Positions 9,961 through 17,625 of a stretch of DNA of 47,576 nucleotides are shown in pieces (positions within the stretch are counted from its first letter, which is position 1; each line of letters starts with the position of its first letter). Below the pieces are notes generated by a model that made no database searches, was not told the origin of the DNA, and worked only from the letters and a program-made list of their open reading frames with translations. Source of the stretch: Candidatus Saccharimonadales bacterium (GTDB lineage Bacteria > Patescibacteriota > Saccharimonadia > Saccharimonadales > JANWIN01); the NCBI GenBank assembly GCA_025449905.1, contig JANWIN010000006.1, positions 1 through 47,576 on the forward strand, given 5' to 3'. The position numbers and the translations under genes are program-made.

Positions 9961-10722
9961 ATGACGCAACAAATTCGTCGAGCTGTTTTTAAGCTTGGAT
10001 CAGAGGTAGTAACCAATAATCAAGGTGTTGATGTAGAGCGCATTATTAGCCATGCTGGGCGAATAATCACTTTTTGTGACGCTGAGAATCTTGCTGAGCT
10101 AATTGTTAGTTCTGGCTCAGTACGAGCGGGCAGAGCTGAAGCGCCGCACATCAAAGATGATCAAGTACTGGCTGGGCTTGGCAGCGCCGGAGTTGTAATG
10201 GCCTGGAAAAGTGCTGCTGCTCTTTTTGATCGTTTGGCAAGTCAGGCGACAGCTACTGATTATGAGATGATGGACACCGAAGAACGAGGTACTTTTCGAA
10301 CTGCCCTTATAAAAGATCTTGACCTAGGAATAATCCCCATTTTTAACACCAACGATAAAATGAATGATGAAGAGCTGCCAAAGCGTCCCTGGGGAGGTGA
10401 AAACGATGGTCCAGCAGCTCATATAGCCATACTTATTGAAGCTGATCTACTTTTCTTGCTGACCACCGGTGATGGTTTATTTGATGATGGAGGCAATACG
10501 ATTAGAGAAGTGCCCTATGATCCAGAAATACGCCAGCGAACTTTAAGTATGCTAGAAACTAGAGGCAAGAAAACTCAAGGAATATATAGAAAAGCCGAAG
10601 CAGGCTTTGAAGCTACTGATGCTGGAGTTCATGTTTACATTGCGGATGCTGACGATGATTTGCATCAAATAATTGCTGGCAATCGAGGCACATATTTGGC
10701 GCCAAAGCCTCAGGACATGTAA
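9961..10722 (+). CDS. Amino-acid kinase family protein, glutamate 5-kinase (ProB)-like, without a PUA domain
   Basis: VFKLGSEVVT, IVSSGSVRAGR, IFNTNDKM and GENDGPAAHIAILIEADLLFLLT align with ProB. The GTGGMxTK-type motif is not conserved (KTQGIYRK). Confidence 0.6.
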   Translation: MTQQIRRAVFKLGSEVVTNNQGVDVERIISHAGRIITFCDAENLAELIVSSGSVRAGRAEAPHIKDDQVLAGLGSAGVVMAWKSAAALFDRLASQATATDYEMMDTEERGTFRTALIKDLDLGIIPIFNTNDKMNDEELPKRPWGGENDGPAAHIAILIEADLLFLLTTGDGLFDDGGNTIREVPYDPEIRQRTLSMLETRGKKTQGIYRKAEAGFEATDAGVHVYIADADDDLHQIIAGNRGTYLAPKPQDM

Positions 10723-10736
10723 AATAAGCCTCATAC

Positions 10737-11984
10737 GTGAGGCTATCTAAACTTTTCACAAGTACCAGTAAAGACGCGCCAGCTGATGAAACTGCTAAAA
10801 ATGCCCAGCTCTTAATTAGGGCTGGTTTTATACATAAAGAAATGGCTGGCGTATATAGTTACTTGCCTCTAGGACTAAAAGTTATTGAAAATATCAAAAC
10901 CGTTGTTCGCGAAGAAATGAACAAATTGGGCGGGCAAGAATTTTTAATGACCAGTCTTCAGCGAAAAGAACTTTGGGAAAAAACCGATCGTTGGGATGAT
11001 AAAAAGGTAGACATTTGGTTTAAGTCCAAACTGCAAAACGACACAGAAGTGGGGCTGGCATGGTCACACGAAGAACCTATAACCGATATGATTCGCGAAT
11101 TTATTGCTAGCTACCGAGATTTACCGGCCTATGTTTATCAATTTCAGAATAAGTTGCGAAATGAAGTTCGCGCCAAAAGCGGTATCATGCGGTGCCGCGA
11201 ATTTTTGATGAAAGACCTTTATTCTTACTCAAAAACAGAGCAGGAGCATCAAAAATTTTATGATGTCGTTACTAAAGCCTACTTAAATATTTTTGATCAA
11301 GTAGGTTTAGGCGATATAACGTACTTTACGTTTGCTTCCGGCGGAGCATTTACCCAATTTAGCCATGAATTCCAGACCCTAACAGATGCCGGTGAAGATA
11401 CCATATATTTGAACCGGTCAAAAAAACTAGCAGTTAATGAAGAAGTTTATAACGATGACGTATTGAAACAGCTCGATCTAAAAAAAGAAGATTTAGAAAA
11501 GGTAAAAGCTGCCGAATTAGGGAATATTTTTAGCTTTGGTACTACAAAGTCCGAACAACTTGATCTTTACTTTGTTGACGAAAAGGGTAAAAAACAGTCG
11601 GCTGTATTAGGCTCATACGGAATAGGTATTTCCCGGTTAATGGGTGTTGTTGCGGAAGTTTTGAGTGATGACAAAGGGCTGGTTTGGCCAGAGAATATAG
11701 CGCCCGCTAAAGCCATAATCATCAATCTTGGTGCCGAGCAAGAGGTTACAAAGGCAGCAGACGAGCTGTATGAAAGTTTACAGACAGAAGGTATCGAAGT
11801 ATTGTATGATGACCGCGAACTGTCAGCCGGTGAAAAGTTCGCTGACGCCGATTTAATCGGCGTGCCGTATAGGGTTGTAATTAGTAATAAAACGCTCAAA
11901 GAGGACAAATTTGAGCTGAAAAAAAGAAGTAGCCAGGATGTAGAGTTAGTTGACACCCGCGGTATAATAGATGCTCTACGGTAG
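10737..11984 (+). CDS. proS: Prolyl-tRNA synthetase, bacterial type, lacking the INS editing domain (415 aa)
   Basis: The N-terminus (MRLSKLFTSTSKDAPADE...LLIRAGFI) is colinear with E. coli ProRS, and class II motifs are present (REFLMKDLYS). The roughly 180-aa insertion is absent. GTG start. Confidence 0.9.
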   Translation: MRLSKLFTSTSKDAPADETAKNAQLLIRAGFIHKEMAGVYSYLPLGLKVIENIKTVVREEMNKLGGQEFLMTSLQRKELWEKTDRWDDKKVDIWFKSKLQNDTEVGLAWSHEEPITDMIREFIASYRDLPAYVYQFQNKLRNEVRAKSGIMRCREFLMKDLYSYSKTEQEHQKFYDVVTKAYLNIFDQVGLGDITYFTFASGGAFTQFSHEFQTLTDAGEDTIYLNRSKKLAVNEEVYNDDVLKQLDLKKEDLEKVKAAELGNIFSFGTTKSEQLDLYFVDEKGKKQSAVLGSYGIGISRLMGVVAEVLSDDKGLVWPENIAPAKAIIINLGAEQEVTKAADELYESLQTEGIEVLYDDRELSAGEKFADADLIGVPYRVVISNKTLKEDKFELKKRSSQDVELVDTRGIIDALR

Positions 11985-12068
11985 TAAGTTTGGTATAATA
12001 CTAAACCCAAATTGATTAATAAGTTTGTTGAAAGGTTTGCAAAGTAAAAGAGTCAGTGAGACATTTCT

Positions 12069-12527
12069 ATGAATAAGCAATTTCACTTAACCAAAGAAGG
12101 TGTTGAAGAGCTCAAAACTGAGCTGGACGAGTTATTGGCGCGCCGCACCCCTATTGCTGAGCGGATTAAAACTGCCCGTGAATTTGGTGATTTAAGCGAA
12201 AACGCCGAATATAGTTCAGCTCGTCAAGAGCAAGAGCAGGTAGAAAGCCGCATTACAGAGGTTGAGCACATTCTGCAAAACGTCGAGATTATCAAAAAAC
12301 CGCGTGGCGATGCCAAGGTCCAGTTGGGCTCAACTGTTAAGCTTAGAAACGATGGCAAGACCAAGCAATTTACTGTGGTTGGAACGGTTGAGGCCGACCC
12401 CCTAAATGGTAAAGTATCTGACGAATCACCAATTGGCAGAGCCCTAATAGGCAAAACAGTTGGCGACAAAGTCGAAATCAAAACCCCAGCCGAGACTGCT
12501 ACTTACAAAATCACCGACATTTCCTAG
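12069..12527 (+). CDS. greA: Transcription elongation factor GreA
   Basis: Coiled-coil N-terminus with GDLSENAEYSSARQEQ, and a C-terminal SPIGRALIGK motif. Confidence 0.93.
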   Translation: MNKQFHLTKEGVEELKTELDELLARRTPIAERIKTAREFGDLSENAEYSSARQEQEQVESRITEVEHILQNVEIIKKPRGDAKVQLGSTVKLRNDGKTKQFTVVGTVEADPLNGKVSDESPIGRALIGKTVGDKVEIKTPAETATYKITDIS

Positions 12528-12569
12528 CCCAAAACTTTAAAATCGGATAAGCTTGAACAGAGAATTGCT

Positions 12570-14096
12570 ATGAAGTGGTTAGAAAAAATTGTTGATGAAA
12601 TTGAAAAAGCTCACCCAACGGGTGAGATTGTAGTTTCTTCCGGCGTAACGCCTTCCGGTAAATACCACTTGGGTACGTTGCGTGAAGTATTAACAGCGGA
12701 AGTTATTGCCAGAGAACTTAAAAATCGTGACAGGAAAAGTAAGCATATTCACATTGCAGATGACTTTGATGTGTTTCGAAAGGTCCCAGTTGGCATTCCA
12801 GCTGACTATGAAAAATATCTAGGCAAACCGTTAGTAGATATTCCGGCACCAGATAATTCAAGTAGTTCTTATGCTGATTACTACTTAAGTGACTTAAATG
12901 AAGCAAAAAAACAATTAAATCTCGACATGGAAATAATTCGTGCCAGCGAAAAATATAGAGCCGGATTTTTTAAAGAAGTTATTGAAAAGGCTTTATCGAA
13001 AGCCGACGATATCAAGAAAATACTAGAAGAAATTTCTGGCCGAAAACTAGGCAATGATTACTCACCAATTCAAGTAGTAGAGGAAGGTTACTTAAAAAAT
13101 CGAGAATTTAGAGCTATTGATACGAACAAAGGCGTAATAACTTATCTAGATCCTAAAGGCGTGGAGCAATCCGTAGACTACACAAAGGGGAAAGTAAAAC
13201 TGAACTGGCGTATAGACTGGCCGGCGCGCTGGTCGCTAATGAAGGTTAATGTAGAGCCTTTTGGGAGGGATCATGCTACTAAAGGCGGGTCTTACGACAC
13301 AGGTGTTGGGATAGTAAAAAAGGTATTTGATGCCAAGCCGCCCCTGCCAGTACCTTACAACTTCATCAACCGGACTGGTGATACTAAAAAAATGAGTAAA
13401 AGCGCCGGAGAAACCATAACTATATCAGACTTACTAAGGTTTTTGCCCGTAGAAGTAGTTTGGTATTTTATGTTGCGCTTCTCACCCGATAAGCTTTTAT
13501 TTTTTGATGACGGTCCAACATTTATTAGGCTGATGGACGAATACAAGGAACTGCTTGCTAAGACCAATAGGACAGCAGAAGAACAGAAGCTGCTTGAATT
13601 GTGCCGATATGGACAAAAAGAATCTTTAGTTAGTAGGGTGCCTTACTCTCACATGGTAAATGCCTATCAAGCCTCATTAAAAGACGGCTCTAAGGCTATG
13701 GATGTAATACGACGAACTGAACATGGCGAGGTGGTAGATGAAGATAAGGACAAAATAAAAGCTGAATTTGTCGGTATAGACCACTGGCTTGAAAAAGGTG
13801 CGCCAGAGGAGGTTAAATTTCAGCTTGCTAAAAGTTTTGATGTTACAAAATTGAGCGACCAAGAAAAAGAATTTCTGTCAATGCTAGCGCAAAAAGCTTC
13901 GGCGCTGCCAAAAAACGCGGAGGGAGAGGCTTTTCACAAAGCGATTTACGACTCATTAAATGGATTTGAACCAAAACAAGCTTTCAAGACCCTGTATCGT
14001 GTATTAATTAATAAAGATGAGGGTCCGCGAGCTGGGTGGTTTCTAAGTATTTTAGATCGTGACTGGCTGATAAAACGCTTAAAGCTCGAGGCTTAG
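12570..14096 (+). CDS. lysK: Class I lysyl-tRNA synthetase
   Basis: Class I HIGH-like (HLGT) and KMSKS motifs in a 508-aa protein. The sequence resembles archaeal/spirochaete-type LysRS, not class II LysS. Confidence 0.9.
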   Translation: MKWLEKIVDEIEKAHPTGEIVVSSGVTPSGKYHLGTLREVLTAEVIARELKNRDRKSKHIHIADDFDVFRKVPVGIPADYEKYLGKPLVDIPAPDNSSSSYADYYLSDLNEAKKQLNLDMEIIRASEKYRAGFFKEVIEKALSKADDIKKILEEISGRKLGNDYSPIQVVEEGYLKNREFRAIDTNKGVITYLDPKGVEQSVDYTKGKVKLNWRIDWPARWSLMKVNVEPFGRDHATKGGSYDTGVGIVKKVFDAKPPLPVPYNFINRTGDTKKMSKSAGETITISDLLRFLPVEVVWYFMLRFSPDKLLFFDDGPTFIRLMDEYKELLAKTNRTAEEQKLLELCRYGQKESLVSRVPYSHMVNAYQASLKDGSKAMDVIRRTEHGEVVDEDKDKIKAEFVGIDHWLEKGAPEEVKFQLAKSFDVTKLSDQEKEFLSMLAQKASALPKNAEGEAFHKAIYDSLNGFEPKQAFKTLYRVLINKDEGPRAGWFLSILDRDWLIKRLKLEA

Positions 14097-14098
14097 CA

Positions 14099-14542
14099 GT
14101 GAGCAAAAAGATAATTACTCTTTGTTCAAGTGCTAATTTCTATAAGCATGTTGGTGAGATTGCAGATGAGCTAGAAAATCGCGGTTACAAGGTAATAATT
14201 CCACGAACAGCCGAGATAATGCGCAAAAGCGGCGACTATGATGTAGCCAAAGTAAAAACCTGGATTAAAAACAAAGATGATTTGCCTAAAAAGCGGAAGC
14301 TTATGGACGGGCATTTTGCCGAGGTAGAAAAGGCCGACGCTATCCTAGTCGTAAATGATGAAAAACACGGAACTCCAGGTTATATCGGACCTAATGGCCT
14401 AATGGAGATGGCTTTGGCCTACTATTTAAAGAAACCTATCTATATCTTAAATAGCGTAAAGAATGACTCAAATATTTATGAAGAAGTCTATGGCATGGGT
14501 AATCTAATATTGGATGGGGACATTTCAAAAATTAAGTTATGA
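14099..14542 (+). CDS. Nucleoside 2-deoxyribosyltransferase-like (Rossmann-like) small protein
   Basis: The pattern ITLCSS...ADAILVVN...G..GLMEMALAYYLKKPIYIL resembles the Nuc_deoxyrib_tr-like fold. Recognition is by motif only. Confidence 0.4.
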   Translation: MSKKIITLCSSANFYKHVGEIADELENRGYKVIIPRTAEIMRKSGDYDVAKVKTWIKNKDDLPKKRKLMDGHFAEVEKADAILVVNDEKHGTPGYIGPNGLMEMALAYYLKKPIYILNSVKNDSNIYEEVYGMGNLILDGDISKIKL

Positions 14543-15027
14543 GAACTGAAAAAGCGATTTTTGCAGCCGGATGTTTTTGGGGAGTCCAGGATTATTTTGA
14601 TCAAATCCCGGGGGTTATTAATACAGTCGTAGGCTACACTGGCGGGCACACCAAAAACCCATCCTATGAAGAGGTGTGTACCCATACTACCGGGCATGCT
14701 GAGGCCACAGAAGTTGAGTTTGATCCCCGGAAAGTAAGCTTCGAGACTTTGGTTAAGCAGTTTTTTAGAATGCATGACCCCACACAACTAAACAGGCAAG
14801 GACCAGATATCGGCGATAGTTATCGTTCAGCAATTTTTTATTTTGATGAGGGGCAAAAACAAGCAGCCGAAGCTATTAAAAAAAGTGTTCAATCAAACTT
14901 TAAAAAACCAATTGTTACAGAGACTTCAAAAGCCACTGAGTTTTACGCGGCCGAAGATTATCATCAAAAATATGTCCAAAAAACTGGGCGCGGTGCCTGT
15001 CACATCCCATTTACGCCGATAAAGTAA
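14539..15027 (+). CDS. msrA: Peptide methionine (S)-sulfoxide reductase MsrA
   Basis: GCFWG active-site motif and YHQKY near the C-terminus. ATGA overlap with the upstream gene. Confidence 0.95.
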   Translation: MRTEKAIFAAGCFWGVQDYFDQIPGVINTVVGYTGGHTKNPSYEEVCTHTTGHAEATEVEFDPRKVSFETLVKQFFRMHDPTQLNRQGPDIGDSYRSAIFYFDEGQKQAAEAIKKSVQSNFKKPIVTETSKATEFYAAEDYHQKYVQKTGRGACHIPFTPIK

Positions 15028-15038
15028 ATTGCTACTGC

Positions 15039-15067
15039 TTGAGCAGAGTTATATCCTGACTTATAGT
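15039..15067 (+). promoter_or_regulatory. Candidate promoter for the heliorhodopsin gene: TTGAGC, 17 nt, TATAGT. It ends 9 nt before the ATG at 15077.
   Basis: Hexamers read directly at 15039-15044 and 15062-15067. Confidence 0.45.
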
Positions 15068-15076
15068 AAGGACAAG

Positions 15077-15895
15077 ATGGCTAGGAAGAAAACCAAAGCT
15101 AAGGCTAAAAAACCGACTCAGAAAGCTGAACTTGCAAGCTTGAACCGCTGGAATGCCATTTTTGGAATTGTCTTTTTGCAGGAGATAATCTTACTTTTAA
15201 TCTTAAGCCGAGATTATAGCCTACCGGTAACAACCAATTACTTGGCGGTTGATAGTTTAGCTTCACAAACAGCCGATAAAACTGTTTGGGCGCCAGCCTC
15301 ACATCATTTGTTTGATATTAATCTAATATTTTTGGTTGCGGCCATTTTAGCAGTCGGGGCGCTAACTCATCTTTTGGCGGCTAGTCTTTACAGAAAACGT
15401 TACGAAGCTGACCTAAAACAAGGCGTAAATAAGCTGCGCTGGCTGACCCATATTGTTGGTGGGGGATTAGTTTTAATTACCCTAGCTTTAATGAATGGGG
15501 TTTATGACTTCTCAACATTATTGGCTATATTTGCTCTGGTAGAAGTTGCCGGCCTGTTTGGATTATTGGTAGAAGCCAGACCCGAAATTAAGCGTCATCC
15601 GAGGGCGGCAACCAAGCTGGCTTTTGTGGCCTTTATAACGCCGTGGCTAATTATTAGCTTTTACCTATTCGGTGCCCAGATATTTGGCGATAGATCGCTA
15701 CCGGCGCATGTTTATTGGCTAGATATCAGCATCTTTGTATTGTTTGTCTTAAAACTACTCAATAACCACCTACACAAAATTAAATACAATCGCTGGGCAG
15801 ACTACTTATTCATGGAAAAAACTTACCTGGTTTTGAGTTTCTTAGTAAAATCAGCCATTGCTTGGCAAATTTTCTTCGCCGTCCTCAATCCATAA
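15077..15895 (+). CDS. Heliorhodopsin-family 7-TM protein. The retinal lysine is conserved but the canonical counterion Glu is replaced.
   Basis: Colinear with my recollection of heliorhodopsin 48C12:
- TM1: LNRWNAIFGIVFLQEIILLLILSRDYSLPVTTNYL vs LQNFNRIAGVFHLLQMLAVLALANDFALPMTGTYL.
- TM3: NKLRWLTH vs NIFRWVEY.
- TM7: YLVLSFLVKSAIAWQIF vs YIVLSLVAKSALAWQIF.
The Lys codon is at 15848-15850. Confidence 0.82.
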   Translation: MARKKTKAKAKKPTQKAELASLNRWNAIFGIVFLQEIILLLILSRDYSLPVTTNYLAVDSLASQTADKTVWAPASHHLFDINLIFLVAAILAVGALTHLLAASLYRKRYEADLKQGVNKLRWLTHIVGGGLVLITLALMNGVYDFSTLLAIFALVEVAGLFGLLVEARPEIKRHPRAATKLAFVAFITPWLIISFYLFGAQIFGDRSLPAHVYWLDISIFVLFVLKLLNNHLHKIKYNRWADYLFMEKTYLVLSFLVKSAIAWQIFFAVLNP

Positions 15896-15915
15896 CGGCT
15901 GTTACAATATAGTTA

Positions 15916-16686
15916 ATGGCCTACACAAGAAGTCCGGCTTATGAACCAGGGCAGAGCGAGTCTTTTAAAATATCGCGTTCAAAAATTGAGTTATTTATGC
16001 AGTGTCCGCGCTGTTTTTGGCTGGACGGGCGGCTTAAAATTAAACGCCCTAGCGGCCCGCCGTTTCAAATCAACAAAGCTATCGACGAATTATTAAAAAA
16101 AGAATTCGATTCCTATAGAGCAAAGGGTAAACCGCACCCGATTATGGTTAAAAACAAGATTAAAGCCATCCCATTTGCCCACGACGATCTAAAGACTTGG
16201 CGAACAAATTTTACAGGCGTTGCAACTTTGCACAAACCCACAAATTTATATGTTTTTGGCGCCATTGACGATATTTGGGTGGATGACAAAGGCCAAGTTA
16301 TTGTTGTCGATTACAAAGCCACCGCCAAGCAAAGCGATGTAACACTCGATGCCGACTGGCAAATAAGCTATAAGCGCCAGATGGAAGTCTATCAGTGGCT
16401 GCTCAGAGCCAACGCCTTTAATGTCAGCGACACGGCTTATTTTGTTTACACCAACGGTCGTTTGGACTTAGATGGTTTTTTTGACAAAGTGGAGTTTAGG
16501 ACCAAAATTATCCCCTACAAAGGCAGTGATAAATGGATTGAGCCAACGCTAGCTAAGATGAAAGAATGTTTAGAAGGGGATATGCCAGCTGTCGGCACAG
16601 CGGCCATGGGCGGCGAATGCGATTATTGTCTTTACGCCAAAGCCCGCACCGAACTAACACTGAATCACGTAAATAAAAAGAAATAA
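15916..16686 (+). CDS. PD-(D/E)XK nuclease of the Cas4/RecB-like type with a four-Cys (putative Fe-S) arrangement
   Basis: N-terminal CPRC and C-terminal CDYC cysteine pairs, an IDDIW...VVDYK motif (D...D/ExK), and a QMEVYQ (QxxxY) motif. TACAAT at 15903-15908 lies 7 nt from the ATG. Confidence 0.75.
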   Translation: MAYTRSPAYEPGQSESFKISRSKIELFMQCPRCFWLDGRLKIKRPSGPPFQINKAIDELLKKEFDSYRAKGKPHPIMVKNKIKAIPFAHDDLKTWRTNFTGVATLHKPTNLYVFGAIDDIWVDDKGQVIVVDYKATAKQSDVTLDADWQISYKRQMEVYQWLLRANAFNVSDTAYFVYTNGRLDLDGFFDKVEFRTKIIPYKGSDKWIEPTLAKMKECLEGDMPAVGTAAMGGECDYCLYAKARTELTLNHVNKKK

Positions 16687-16690
16687 ATCG

Positions 16691-17575
16691 ATGAACTATG
16701 ACTTTTCTCCTCTAAATTACGATAAGAAGCTATTAAAGTATGGTTTATTAACAATAGGCGGGTTCTTTGCACTATTGTTTATTGGCGAGCTGATTGATTT
16801 TAAGTACCTAAGCTTGTTAGGCATTCCTTTGATTATTTTTTTTATAGTCTTAGTTGGAAAAAGAGAACCACTTAGACAGAGAGCAATAGCAGAATTTGCA
16901 AAACTGAATAATTTGCAAGCATTAAGTGACTCAGAAAAAATGGACGACGTGCCAAGAAGGTTTGAGAGCATCAAAAGAGGCAAAGATGTTTCAAATGGAT
17001 TTAAAATTAAAGGTGCTAAATGGCCAATTGATATATTAGAATTTGCTCATTATGAAGGGAAAAGCAATTCATTAAATGATTATCACTTTACGATTACGAC
17101 CTTCAAAACAGATAAAGAATATCCCAATCTGTATTTGGATAGTACGTCTAACGGTGCGGACTTACTTATCTACCAAAATCAGCAAAAACAGTCATTGGAG
17201 GGCGACTTCGACAAACATTTTACTCTTTATGTGCCCGAAGATTCAGGATCATTATCTCGCGCTGTTTTATCGCCGGATATAATGCAAACAATGGTTACTT
17301 CAGGTAGTGACTACGACATTGAAATAGATGGCAAAAAAATATCAATAGCTGGTCTCGGAGACCACTTTAACAGTAAGGATTTACCTGCCCTCCTTTCGTT
17401 CACTACTTTAATGCAAAAAGAATTTAGTCACCTTGATAAGTCATGGCAGCCAGTTTATGACAATCAAGGTAAGCCGCATCTGTTAAGCTCGTCGATCATT
17501 ACAAAAAAGAAGTTAGTGCAAACCATATCAATCGTCATGATTGTAATTTGGCTTTACTTTATTGTATTCAGCTAA
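16691..17575 (+). CDS. Membrane protein, DUF3137-like: two N-terminal TM helices and one C-terminal TM helix
   Basis: Hydrophobic segments at both ends. LEGDFDKHFTLY...VLSPDIMQTM resembles the DUF3137 core from memory. The gene is visibly AT-richer than its neighbours. Confidence 0.4.
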   Translation: MNYDFSPLNYDKKLLKYGLLTIGGFFALLFIGELIDFKYLSLLGIPLIIFFIVLVGKREPLRQRAIAEFAKLNNLQALSDSEKMDDVPRRFESIKRGKDVSNGFKIKGAKWPIDILEFAHYEGKSNSLNDYHFTITTFKTDKEYPNLYLDSTSNGADLLIYQNQQKQSLEGDFDKHFTLYVPEDSGSLSRAVLSPDIMQTMVTSGSDYDIEIDGKKISIAGLGDHFNSKDLPALLSFTTLMQKEFSHLDKSWQPVYDNQGKPHLLSSSIITKKKLVQTISIVMIVIWLYFIVFS

Positions 17576-17625
17576 CGACTTATGATTAGTCCAATCAGTT
17601 CTTTTAATGAGATATAATAACGAAC

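Noticed and set aside
11567-12010. A 147-aa minus-strand ORF antisense to the 3' part of proS.
   Set aside because: It is fully embedded antisense to a confidently identified gene. Its composition is Ser-rich and it has no promoter or SD context.
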